64,000 nucleotides of DNA from an uncultured Rivularia sp. (GTDB lineage: Bacteria; Cyanobacteriota; Cyanobacteriia; Cyanobacteriales; Nostocaceae), in the NCBI GenBank assembly GCA_963665115.1, contig OY762007.1, positions 1-64,000 of the forward strand, in the 5' to 3' direction. Made by a program: the position numbers and the translations under genes. Below, in pieces: positions 42,584-53,307 of this stretch (the first letter of the stretch is position 1; each line of letters opens with the position of its first letter). The notes under the pieces are model-generated. The model was not told the DNA's origin, did no database searches, and worked only from the letters and a program-made list of their open reading frames with translations.

Positions 42584-43639
42584 ATGGAAAAATTGAAGGA
42601 ATTGATTCATAAGGAAAGTCCTCAAAAAAACGGCACTAGCAACAAAGATTCTCAACCCAAAAGCAAGGGGGGATTCTGGGGAAGGATGGGTAAAATTGCC
42701 ATAGTCTCGGCTGTCGCTGGGGGTTTGTTTGGATTTTTCTTGACTGGCAAGCCGTTTATGCAAGGTAATCTCAGTCCGGAAAAAGCGGGTTTTTTTAATG
42801 ATGATGCTGTTGATGGAGGTCAATTTTTACAGTTAAATCGTCCCGTCAATATTTTGGTGATGGGAATGAGCGTACTTCCTCCAGATACGCAAAATGCACC
42901 CGAAGAAAGTAAGAATTTGGGATATTTACCGCAAGTAAATTCCTTTGATGGACTTTCCGACGTGATGTTATTGATTAGATTCGATCCGAAAAGTAATAGA
43001 GTAAATATGCTTTCTATTCCTAGAGATACCCGCACGGAAATAGAAGGTTATGGCTTGAGAAAAATTAATTCAGCTAATCGTTTGGGTGGTGCTTATTTAA
43101 GTGCTAAAAGCGTTCAGAATCTTTTAGGAAATATAGAGATAAATGGTTACATTAGAATTAATGTTTTAGGAGTAGGTAAATTAATTGATGCTTTAGGAGG
43201 TGTAACTGTTAACGTTCCCAAAGATTTAAAATATCAAGACGATTCCCAACATTTATATATTAATTTAAAAGCCGGAGAGCAGCATCTTGATGGCGACAAA
43301 GCATTACAACTGCTGAGATTCCGTAACGATCGAAGAGGAGATATAGGACGAATTGAAAGGCAGCAATTACTCATGCAAGCCTTGATCAAACAGGCATTAA
43401 ATCCTGCAACATTAGCGCGATCGCCAATTATTCTCGGTACTATAAAAGAAAATATTGATACAAATTTAACCCTTGATAGTTTATTAACTCTAGTGAATTT
43501 TGGTGTCCGAACAAATCGCTCCGATATAGAGATGTTAACCTTACCCGGTGAAGTTAGTAATGGTAGAGAATTTGATGCTAGTTACTGGCTACCAGATGAA
43601 CAACAAATAGATGAGATAATGACTCGTTATTTTAATTAG
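42584..43639 (+). CDS. LCP (LytR-CpsA-Psr) family protein
   Basis: TM helix plus LSIPRDT, KINSA, LRFR and GDIGRIERQQ motifs. Confidence 0.92.
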   Translation: MEKLKELIHKESPQKNGTSNKDSQPKSKGGFWGRMGKIAIVSAVAGGLFGFFLTGKPFMQGNLSPEKAGFFNDDAVDGGQFLQLNRPVNILVMGMSVLPPDTQNAPEESKNLGYLPQVNSFDGLSDVMLLIRFDPKSNRVNMLSIPRDTRTEIEGYGLRKINSANRLGGAYLSAKSVQNLLGNIEINGYIRINVLGVGKLIDALGGVTVNVPKDLKYQDDSQHLYINLKAGEQHLDGDKALQLLRFRNDRRGDIGRIERQQLLMQALIKQALNPATLARSPIILGTIKENIDTNLTLDSLLTLVNFGVRTNRSDIEMLTLPGEVSNGREFDASYWLPDEQQIDEIMTRYFN

Positions 43640-43647
43640 TTATTGGG

Positions 43648-43892
43648 AATGGGTAATTGGGCATTGGGCATTGGGCATTGGGCATTGGGCATTGGGCATT
43701 GGGCATAGTTAAGAGTAGAAAGTAGAGAGTTAATCACTTTTTATTATTGTCATAAATGTCGCTACTTACTACTTACTACTCACTACTTATTACTCACTAC
43801 TCATTACTCACTACTCATTACTCATTACTTATTACTCACTACTCATTACTTATTACTCACTACTCACTACTCACTACTCATTACTCACTACT
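43648..43892. repeat. STRR heptamer tracts (GGGCATT)n and (TACTCAC/TACTCAT)n
   Basis: Seen directly. Similar (GGTAATT)n tracts at ~12098-12130, 24820-24877 and 33843-33913. Confidence 0.9.
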
Positions 43893-43999
43893 TTAATAAC
43901 GTCCCCTTGTCTCCCCCTCTCCCCCCTCTCCCCCCATCTCCCGATGTCCAAAACTTTAAAAATAATTATCATTAATGAAAGATAATTTATTAGAAGCTG

Positions 44000-45373
44000 A
44001 TGAAATTACCAAATGGTCCGAAAATTCCTTCATTCATCCAAACGCTGAAGTTTATCGTCAATCCTTTAGCGGTGCTGGAAAACTGTGCCAAACGCTACGG
44101 AGATATTTATACTTTAGGTTTAAAATCTCCTGTGGTTGTTATTAGTAATCCGCAAGCGCTACAGCAAATACTAACTAACGATACCAAGGATTTTAGCGTT
44201 CCTTCTGAAGGAAACAAAGCTTTTGAACCGTTGATGGGTAAGCATTCTGTAATTATGGCGAGCGGTAATGCACATCGCCGTCAGCGACAGTTATTAATGC
44301 CTTCTTTTCATGGCGATAGAATGCGTTGTTATGGCGATGTTATCAATCAAGTTACTTCTGAAATCATGAATCGCTGGGAAGTTGGTAAAAACTTCGATGT
44401 GAGAGACGGGATGCAGGCTATTACCATGCGGGTAATTATGCAGGCTGTGTTTGGAATTTATGAAGGCGATCGCGCTGTTGAATTAGAAAAACTTCTCGGT
44501 TCAATTTTGGAGGCTGGAGGAAGTTCACCTATCAAAGCAGCTTTTATGATTTTCCCCGTGCTGCAACGGGATTTAGGTGCAAAAAGTCATTGGGGAAATT
44601 TTCTTCGTCAAAGAGAACGAATTTATCAATTGCTGAATGATGAAATAGAAGAAAGACGTGCCAACCCAGATGATTCGCGTACTGATGTTTTGAGTATGTT
44701 AATGGCGGCGCGGGATGAGCAAGGGCAAGCGATGACGAATGCAGAATTACGCGATGAATTAATAACTTTATTATTTGCAGGTCATGAAACCACTGCAACT
44801 GCTTTAACTTGGGCTTTTTACTGGATTCATAAGTTACCTGAAGTTCGGGAAAAGCTATTAGTAGAACTCGATAGTTTAGATGAAAATACCGATTTTAGTA
44901 CTATCAATAAACTCCCATATTTGAATGCAGTTTGTAATGAAACATTGCGAATTTATCCGGTAGCATTGCTTTTATTTCAACGAAAGGTAGAAAAAGCTGT
45001 TTCACTATGCGGTCATGATTTCGAGCCAGGTACATTCTTATATGGTTCAATTTATTCGGTTCATCAACGAGAAGATTTGTATCCCGAACCTAAGAAGTTT
45101 AAACCGGAACGTTTTTTAGAAAGACAGTTTTCACCTTACGAATTTATTCCTTTTGGTGGTGGTGCAAGACGCTGTATTGGCATGGCGTTTGCTCAATTTG
45201 AAATGAAGTTGATTTTAACAAAGATTTTAACAAGTTTGGAGTTAGATTTGATTGATAATGGTGAAGTAAAACCCAAACGTCGCGGTTTGGTAACTGGCCC
45301 AAATCGTTCGATTCAAATGATTGTTAAAGATAAGCGGGTTGCTAAGTCTCGGAGTTTAGAAACGGTTGGTTAG
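44000..45373 (+). CDS. Cytochrome P450 (CYP110-like)
   Basis: AGHETTA, ETLR, PERF and FGGGARRCIG motifs. Confidence 0.95.
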   Translation: MKLPNGPKIPSFIQTLKFIVNPLAVLENCAKRYGDIYTLGLKSPVVVISNPQALQQILTNDTKDFSVPSEGNKAFEPLMGKHSVIMASGNAHRRQRQLLMPSFHGDRMRCYGDVINQVTSEIMNRWEVGKNFDVRDGMQAITMRVIMQAVFGIYEGDRAVELEKLLGSILEAGGSSPIKAAFMIFPVLQRDLGAKSHWGNFLRQRERIYQLLNDEIEERRANPDDSRTDVLSMLMAARDEQGQAMTNAELRDELITLLFAGHETTATALTWAFYWIHKLPEVREKLLVELDSLDENTDFSTINKLPYLNAVCNETLRIYPVALLLFQRKVEKAVSLCGHDFEPGTFLYGSIYSVHQREDLYPEPKKFKPERFLERQFSPYEFIPFGGGARRCIGMAFAQFEMKLILTKILTSLELDLIDNGEVKPKRRGLVTGPNRSIQMIVKDKRVAKSRSLETVG

Positions 45374-45397
45374 GATTTTGGGTTTTGTGGAAAGTAA

Positions 45398-45509
45398 ACC
45401 GGCGATTCAAATCGCTGCTACACAGGCAAAATCCACCTGCGTGGATTTAATTATTCATAACCCGCGACGGCGGGTTTCGCTTGTGTAGACGCGATTTCAA
45501 TCGCCGGGT
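45398..45509. mobile_element. Palindromic MITE-like repeat
   Basis: CCGGCGATTCAAATCGC...GCGATTTCAATCGCCGG. Related elements near 34480-34595 and 55075-55212. Confidence 0.65.
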
Positions 45510-45676
45510 AAAGTATTAAATTAGACGCATTATTACATCCTCTAAGGAGGGATGCCGGAGGCGGGGTGAGGTTTTATATTTAATTTAACCCAGTTAATTA
45601 TTTATCTTAATATTAATATAACCTCTTGTCACCGTTCCCTGTTCCCTATTCCCTATTTCCCTTCCTAAAAAAAATT

Positions 45677-46294
45677 ATGTCATACAGTGACTTTAAAACA
45701 ATAGATCAAGCTGTTACTGCATTAGAGTTAACGGTAGAAGATATTCCTCATTTATTTGGTAACGTTGAAGCTATCGAACCTTCTCAACGTTTGAAAGAAA
45801 CTTTAGATGAAACTTTAGATTTAGCATCAAGTATTAGTACGGAAAAAGCTCGTTCGGAATTAATTATTACGCCAATATTATTAGAAGTAAGGCGAAGGTT
45901 TAATAACAAAATCGGTTATTTTTCTGGTAACACATTTAATATTGATGAATCTAAAAGCTTAACTGGTGCTTGTGATTTTCTCTTGAGCGCATCTAGCAAT
46001 CAATCATTGGTAACTGCTCCGGTTTTAACATTGGTAGAGGCTAAAGATAATGATATCCGTATCGGCTTAGGACAATGTGTAGCTCAAATGGTTGCTGCTC
46101 AAATTTTTAATACTCGTAAAGGATTGGAAAAGCAAATTATTTATGGTGCTGTTTCTACGGGTACTAACTGGAAATTTATAATATTAGAAGATAATTTAGT
46201 CAAAATTGATTTAACAGAATATTTTATTACGCAATTGGATCGGATATTAGGGATTTTAGCTGAACCTTTTAGAATTTATTTTGCTTCAAATTAA
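45677..46294 (+). CDS. Conserved cyanobacterial PD-(D/E)xK-like protein
   Basis: EKARSELIITPILLE, GACDFL, VEAK, GQCVAQM and GAVSTGTNWKF motifs. Confidence 0.7.
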   Translation: MSYSDFKTIDQAVTALELTVEDIPHLFGNVEAIEPSQRLKETLDETLDLASSISTEKARSELIITPILLEVRRRFNNKIGYFSGNTFNIDESKSLTGACDFLLSASSNQSLVTAPVLTLVEAKDNDIRIGLGQCVAQMVAAQIFNTRKGLEKQIIYGAVSTGTNWKFIILEDNLVKIDLTEYFITQLDRILGILAEPFRIYFASN

Positions 46295-46295
46295 C

Positions 46296-49200
46296 TTATT
46301 TGGAAGAGATATCACCAAAAGTTATATTCCCTGCTGTACCTATATTAAAACCAATATTTCCATCCCCCACAATTCCCACACCATCTTTAACTTGATTGCT
46401 GATGCTGCGAATATTTTCTTCTGCTTTGACGCTTTCATATCCTGCTTCGGGTAAACCTTTCCCACCAAGCAACAAAGCCACGGGAAAGTCTTCTGTAGCG
46501 AAATCAAAGAATGGTGTTTGTTCGATTTGATATTCCTGTTGTGTTGTTGACGGAACAGTTTTACTCAGATAATTCATTAAATGAGAAACTTTCACCGTCT
46601 TGTCTCCCGGTTGATTTCCCGCACCTTGTAAAGCTTCGAGGAAATGATATGTGTAGATGCTCATTGTGCGATCGCTGCGAATCCAAGATAATTGTGTTCC
46701 GGTGGAAGATGTAAATACAACTCTTCCCGTACCTTTTAAATTGTCGATGATGGTTTTGGGTAAAGCAGTTTGAGTAAAACCTTTGGGTATAGGCGATTTA
46801 GCATCTTTTGAAGTCGCCATTCCTTGAGCGTGACAACTATCTATAATTACTAATAATCTTTGTGCGGGAATTTCTTGTAATGCTTGGTTGATGGTTTCTG
46901 CTGAAAGTGCGGTATCGGGAATGTCTGCGCGATCGGTTTCGTGGGGGATGAGATAGTAATTTCCAGAATTATCTAAGCAACCGTGTCCGGAATAGTAAAT
47001 TAGTATAGTTGCTTCTGGGTCATTTTCGGCTTGTTGTTTTAACCAGGTTAAGTTTTCTAAGATTTGTTGTTTGGTAGCGGTTTCGTTGTAGAGAAGACGA
47101 ATATTATTGTCGATGTAACCGCATAAATTGGAGTCGGTGAGGAGAGTTTTTAGTGCTTGAATATCTTTAACTGTGACTGGTAGGGATAATTTGGTTTCTT
47201 CGCATTCACCAACACCGATGAGTAAAGCGTAGTTGTGGGAAGTATTAGACATGGTGGGTTTTGGGATGGGTTTGTAGTATTTTAGGTGTTCTTGGATTTC
47301 TTCGAGTGCGTGGATAGCTCGTGATACAGAATCTCCATTATTAGCTTTGACAAATTTATCTGTTTTTAAAAGTTGAATTAACCCAGGTATTGCTGCTTCA
47401 GATTTTATTTCTCCTAACGCAGATGCTGCCCCATAACGTACATCTGAATCTTCATCTTTGAGAAGGGATATTAATCCGGGAATTGCCGCTTCCGATTTTA
47501 TTTCTCCTAGTGCATCTACTGCGGTAGAACGTACAGATGAATCTTCATCTTCAAGAAGAGATATTAATCCGGGAATTGCCGCTTCCGATTTTATTTTTCC
47601 TAATGCAGATGCTGCGCTAGAACGTACCTTTGAATCTTCATCTTCAAGAAGAGATATTAATCCGGGAATTGCCGCTTCCGATTTTATTTTTCCTAGTGCA
47701 TATGCTGTGCTAAAACGTACAGATGAATCTTCATCTTCAAGAAGAGATATTAATCCGGAAATTGCCGCTTCCGATTTTATTTCTCCCAGTGCAGATGCTG
47801 CGCTAGAACGTACCTTTGAATCTTCGTCTTCAAGAAGGGATATTAATCCAGATATTACTGCTTCCGATTTTATTTTTCCTAGTGCATATGCTGCGCTAAA
47901 ACGTACAGATGAATCTTCATCTGCCAGAAGGGATATTAATCCAGGAATTACCGTTTCTGATTTTATTTCTCCCAGTGCAGATGCTGCGCTAGAACGTACC
48001 TTTGAATCTTCATCTTCCAGAAGGGATATTAATCCAGGAATAGCGGTTTCAGACTTGATTTCTCCTAGTGCATATTCTGCGCTACAACGTACAGATGAAT
48101 CTTCATATTCGCGAAGGGATATTAATTTAGGAATTACTATTTTAAATTTTATTTCTACTAGTGCAGATGCTATGCTATCACGTACAGATGAATCTTCATG
48201 TTCGCGAAGCAATATTAATCCAATAATCGCGGCTTCTGATTTCGTTCTACCCAAAAGCCGAATTTTCAACAACGCAGGAATTTCCAAACCATCAATTAAC
48301 CCAACCGTTTCCCCCTGCCATTCTTCCGTAACTTCCCCCGCCAATCTTGCACCCAATTGCCAATCAATCTCCAAACCCAACTTCACCAAACCCACAGCGC
48401 TATATTGCTTATCTACCAACTGCATCATCAACGCAACAGTTTCCGTCCACTTCAAATAGTTCAAATATTCCCACTGCAAATCATCATCACTCAACTTGGG
48501 CAATTCTTCTAATAATCTTTCAGCAGCGTAATATTCTTGCAGCAGTTGATGACGAAACTCAATTTGATTTTCTGCACCAATTTGAATTAAATGATATTTA
48601 AGTAAATCATCTAACCATTTTTCTGCATCCCTTGGCTGATGATAATCTTGCTCTTTCAAAAATTTTGTCAAAATATCTCTTGCTTCCTGTATCGGAATAG
48701 CAACGAGAATTTCGGTTTTCAAGAAACCTAACCCCCCAGCCCCCTTCCCTACAAGGGAATGGGGAGAATTAAGCCCCTCGCCTTGTAGGAGAGGGGTTAC
48801 TCTACGAGAAAACGCTCTGCGTTCATGGGGAGAGGTTCTACCATGCGTCATCACCCAAGCTAAATGCTGCAACAACCGCTTCCACCAACGGCGAGATTCA
48901 TCTGTTACCGGAATATCTTGTTTGAATTTATTATCGTAAATTTCGGTGAAGCGACGAAATACCAAACCCAAGTTAGCAGGTACTTTGTTCTGGTTACTCG
49001 CAAACACCGAACAAAGCATCATTAATAATAAAGGTGTTTCTCCCAACTCCCGTAAACGCCCTTCTAACTGCTTGAGCATTTCTTCTCCCTGCTCTGAAAG
49101 ATACCCACAAACAAAATTCCGCATCTGTTCTTCTGTTAGGGGTTGCATTTGCAGCTTTTTATCAATTCCTAAATCACCACCTACCCCTAAATCTCGCGTT

Positions 49201-49820
49201 GTAAAAATCATCGGAGTAGTTTGCTGATAATCTTGGCGAAATTTCTGTAAATCTTGTCTCGCTGCTTCTGATGGTAATTCGTTGACACCATCAATTAATA
49301 AAAGGAATTTTCCTGCAAACAGCAATTCTTCTATTTCATTGATTTCTAACCTTAGTTGGTGACGTTTGAGGAAGTCGCGAATTAATTCGATGATTGAAGT
49401 TTTGTAAAAACGGAGTTCCACGAGGATGGGAATTTGTTCGTTTTCTCCCGAATCCGCCAGGGAATGGGGAGAATTAAGCCCCTCGCCTCTTAGGAGAGGG
49501 GTTTGGGGAGAGGTTTCCAACAACAACCGCAACAAAGCCGTGGATTTACCAGAACCCGGACGACCAATTAATAATACGTGGTTGCAAGCGTATTTACGTA
49601 AACCTTCAATAACCGTTAAGCGTTCGGTTTTTTCTTCTTGCTGCTGCTTAACTTTCTCTACCATCAACCCAAAATCGAAAAATGGCGATAGAGGCAGCAT
49701 AGCTGAACGCCTTTCTAGCTCATCCCGTTGCTTCCCCACAACATCAGTTATGGTGTAACACCTCAACGATTCGCTGTAAGTATCGCAGATTGATTGTAGA
49801 TAAGCGTTGAGATTAAGCAC
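46296..49820 (-). CDS. NACHT NTPase + HEAT repeats + C-terminal caspase-family (C14) protease
   Basis: Walker A GRPGSGKST, Walker B LLLIDGVNE, FRHQLLQEY, about nine 31-aa HEAT repeats, and the caspase dyad YSGHG / IIDSCHA. Confidence 0.9.
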   Translation of the reverse strand: MLNLNAYLQSICDTYSESLRCYTITDVVGKQRDELERRSAMLPLSPFFDFGLMVEKVKQQQEEKTERLTVIEGLRKYACNHVLLIGRPGSGKSTALLRLLLETSPQTPLLRGEGLNSPHSLADSGENEQIPILVELRFYKTSIIELIRDFLKRHQLRLEINEIEELLFAGKFLLLIDGVNELPSEAARQDLQKFRQDYQQTTPMIFTTRDLGVGGDLGIDKKLQMQPLTEEQMRNFVCGYLSEQGEEMLKQLEGRLRELGETPLLLMMLCSVFASNQNKVPANLGLVFRRFTEIYDNKFKQDIPVTDESRRWWKRLLQHLAWVMTHGRTSPHERRAFSRRVTPLLQGEGLNSPHSLVGKGAGGLGFLKTEILVAIPIQEARDILTKFLKEQDYHQPRDAEKWLDDLLKYHLIQIGAENQIEFRHQLLQEYYAAERLLEELPKLSDDDLQWEYLNYLKWTETVALMMQLVDKQYSAVGLVKLGLEIDWQLGARLAGEVTEEWQGETVGLIDGLEIPALLKIRLLGRTKSEAAIIGLILLREHEDSSVRDSIASALVEIKFKIVIPKLISLREYEDSSVRCSAEYALGEIKSETAIPGLISLLEDEDSKVRSSAASALGEIKSETVIPGLISLLADEDSSVRFSAAYALGKIKSEAVISGLISLLEDEDSKVRSSAASALGEIKSEAAISGLISLLEDEDSSVRFSTAYALGKIKSEAAIPGLISLLEDEDSKVRSSAASALGKIKSEAAIPGLISLLEDEDSSVRSTAVDALGEIKSEAAIPGLISLLKDEDSDVRYGAASALGEIKSEAAIPGLIQLLKTDKFVKANNGDSVSRAIHALEEIQEHLKYYKPIPKPTMSNTSHNYALLIGVGECEETKLSLPVTVKDIQALKTLLTDSNLCGYIDNNIRLLYNETATKQQILENLTWLKQQAENDPEATILIYYSGHGCLDNSGNYYLIPHETDRADIPDTALSAETINQALQEIPAQRLLVIIDSCHAQGMATSKDAKSPIPKGFTQTALPKTIIDNLKGTGRVVFTSSTGTQLSWIRSDRTMSIYTYHFLEALQGAGNQPGDKTVKVSHLMNYLSKTVPSTTQQEYQIEQTPFFDFATEDFPVALLLGGKGLPEAGYESVKAEENIRSISNQVKDGVGIVGDGNIGFNIGTAGNITFGDISSK

Positions 49821-50107
49821 TTAAAAATTAAAGATTATGTAAAAGAAGCGCTAAAGCGCAACTACGAACAAATTTCATTAAGATTACTGAGATTATAGCG
49901 AATTTATGACAATAATTTTTTTGACATCAATTTAGTTACGAATAAAGAAAATGAGTAAGAAATTTTACTGAAAATAAATGCTATTTTTAGTGTAAATTAT
50001 TTGTAGGATGCATCGGCGAAGAGGCAGCATAGCTAAACGCCAGTAATTTTTGTGTGTAAATTCCTTCTTATTATTCCACCACATAAGTTTTTAGGGGTAA
50101 TGCATCG

Positions 50108-50292
50108 GTAGTGGGAGCGTCTCGCTCCCTCGGGCAACTATCGATCATCTCGCTCCCTCGGGCAACCAGCGAGCGTCTCCCTCGGGCAACTATCGATCGT
50201 CTCGCTCCCTCGGGCAACCAGCGAGCGTCTCCCTCGGAGCAACCAGCGAGCGTCTCCCTCGGGGCAACCAGCGACCAAGATGGTCGCACTAC
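50108..50292. repeat. REP-like element with internal tandem expansion of CTCCCTCGGGCAAC units
   Basis: Starts GTAGTGGGAGCGTCTCGC, as at 5224, 28162 and (reverse) ~52942-52963. Confidence 0.8.
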
Positions 50293-50465
50293 GCCTACCC
50301 AACAAAATTAATGTGCCGGAGTACTTAATAGTCTTTTCAATAAAATAAGTCAACCCTAATTTAATGGCTGTAATTAACTAAAGTTCAGTTGCTAAACGTT
50401 ACTGTTTTGCTGTGAGTAATTTCTCGTACAGTAATATCAAACCCCAAAGTTACAGGTCAAAAAAT

Positions 50466-52680
50466 ATGCCTTCTACCTTCAATCTTTCAGCACCATCTAC
50501 CTTTAATTTACAAGAAGCTACTGTCAACGATATTCAAACAGCATTTAATTACGGTGCTTTGAGCGTTGAAGAATTAACTCAACTCTACCTTAATAGAATT
50601 ACAGCTTATGATGACCAAGGACCGAATCTTTCTGCGGTAATTTCGGTTAATCCCGATGCTTTGGATACAGCCAAGGAGTTAGATGCAAAGTTAAGAAGTC
50701 AAGGTGCCGATGGAGCTTTGTATGGAATTCCTGTACTTTTAAAAGACAATTATGACACTTTTGATTTACCAACTACTGCGGGATCTGATGTTTTAGCTGG
50801 TTCGATTCCTCCAGATGATGCTTTTACCGTGTCAGAATTTCGCGATGCTGGAGCAATAATTTTGGGTAAAACCAATATGAGCGAATTTGCTCTTTCTTCC
50901 GGAAGGCTCGGTTACAGTTCCAAAGGTGGTTTAACGCTCAATCCTTATAATCTCAACCGCGATGCTTCGGGTTCGAGTAGCGGTACGGGTGCTGCAATTG
51001 CAGCAGATTTTGCGACTTTGGGAACTGGTACGGATACGGCAGGTTCGGTTCGTGGCCCCGCTTCTGCTACTGGATTAGTTGGAATTAAGCCGACGCGAGG
51101 ATTGGTGAGTACTGATGGTATAGTTCCCCTCGCGCTTACCGCAGATGTAGCTGGCCCCAATTGCACGGAATGTTGAAGATGCGGCGATCGCCCTGGGAGT
51201 AATGGCTGGTGTCGATCCAAACGATGCGGCAACTGAAGCGAGTCAGGGGAATTTTGGCGATTACACTCAATTCTTGGATAAAAATGCTTTGCAAGGTGCA
51301 AGAATTGGTGTAGCGCGGGATTATTTCGGCGGTAACGAAGAAGTTGACGAGTTGGTGGAAGCAGCTATTAATAATATGAGGGCTGCTGGTGCAACAGTGA
51401 TTGAATTAGATATTCCCGATACGGTGGTTGATGCTTCTAATTACGGTACTTTGTTAAATTCTGTGGTTCAAGCCGAATTTAATCCGCAGATTGAGGAATA
51501 TTTGGGTACCCTTGATGAGGAATATCCGAAAAATTTAGAAGAATTAATTGCAGCGAGTAAAGATCCAGAATTGGTTAATTCGGAAACCCCAGTTAATCCA
51601 AATCGGATTGCAGTATACGAAGATTCGCTGGAATTTGGCGGTTTGGATAATCCCGAATATCAGGAAGCAATTAATCGAGGTATTCCCAAGCTGCAAGCAG
51701 AGTTAAATAATATTTTTGTTAGTAATAAATTAGATGCGATAGTTTATCCAACCATTGCCACTCCACCAACTCCGATTACTGACTCCGAAGGTAATGTAAT
51801 AGAAGATCCAACCTATCAAGCTAATTTAGATAATATCGGCGGCGACCCCTATCGTGCAAATTATTTAGCAAATTTAACTGGTTTTCCCGATTTAACTTTA
51901 CCCGTAGGATATACAGAACAAGGTTTACCCGTGGGTATGTCTTTAGTTGGGCAAGCATTTACCGAACCTACTTTGATCGGATTAGCATATGCTTACGAGC
52001 AGCAAAGTCCTGTTAGAGTTCTCCCATCGAATACACCTGCTTTACCGGGAGAAAAGTTTGAATATCTCACCGAAGTTTTAATTGTTGGTGATGCTGGTGA
52101 TGATATTTTGGAAACGCAATTATTGCCAGATTTTGATGGTAATAAAGATGTAGTATTTGCTGGGAAAGGAAACGATTTAGTAGATACAACTCAAAGTATT
52201 TCCGGTGGTAATCGAGTATTTGGTGGTAGCGGTGATGATGAATTATTCGCCGGGAAAAACGATAGAGTTAGTGGTGGTAAAGGAAATGATATTTTAGATG
52301 CTTCTCAAGGTAGAGGAGGCAATCGTTTGAGTGGTGGTGATGGCGATGATATTTTCTTCGCTGGTGGTAACGATAGATTAACTGGTGGTAATGGTAATGA
52401 TAGGTTTTTTATTATCGAAAAAGGTGGAAATACAATTAGTGGTGGTGCTGGGAAAGACCAATTTTGGATTGTGAATGCACAATTGCCAGAGGAAGTAAAC
52501 ACGATTACAGACTTTGAAACTGGAATTGACGTAATTGGAATTGCAGGTACTGGTTTATCTTTTGAAGATATAACTTTAAAAATAGATGATGGTAAAACTA
52601 CAATTAATGTTTTAAGTCAAGATGTTGCAGTTTTATTGGGTATGGAAGGGCTTGGGGAAAGTGATTTCGCCTTTGTTTAA
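50466..52680 (+). CDS. Amidase-signature family enzyme with C-terminal RTX Ca-binding repeats, +1 frameshift near 51155
   Basis: LLKDN, GSSSGTGAA and GTDTAGSVRGPA motifs; GGxGxD repeats at the C-terminus. Confidence 0.88.
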
Positions 52681-53307
52681 ATAGTCAGTTCGTAGTAAGG
52701 GTTTTAACCCTTTCTTCCAATAACTAAAGTCGGCACGTAGAAACCGTCATCATAAATGTGGTGGAGTATTAGTAGTTGATTGCATAAATTCTGAAAGGTT
52801 CGTTTTTCCCGTAACCTTCGGGAGACGTTATGTATAACGTTTCTACAACCCGTCAAAACAAATGAAAAGGACTACTATTCCACCACATTAGTTTTGCGGG
52901 GTGTTGGGAGTGCGAGCCGGAAAGCTCGCTGGTTGTCACGAGGGAGCGAGACGCTCCCACTACATTTTGATTACCCCGCAAGATTAATGTGGTGGAGTAC
53001 TAGTAGTTGATTGCATAAATTCTGATGGGTGTATAGAAAAAATAAAAGATTATTCTACCCCCTCTACCCTCTCTTCCCCCTCTTCCCCCTCCGCATCTTT
53101 ACCCGTCAGAACAAATGAAAAGGACTACTAGTACTTGCGCTGTCTTCGCCAAAAATTACTAATGGTGCGTTACGGCTACGGTTAACGTATCTGTTTATTT
53201 TTTTACCTATTCGTGCCGTAATACACCCTACAATCTGGAAGATTATTAGCCTACGCAGGTAGGCTTTGCAAATGTAGCCCCACTATAAGGAGAGTGAGGG
53301 CGACTAA

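Noticed and set aside
47458..48459. 333-aa plus-strand ORF
   Set aside because: Antisense shadow of the HEAT repeats.
50071..50353. Three overlapping short ORFs
   Set aside because: They arise from a GC-rich repeat expansion.
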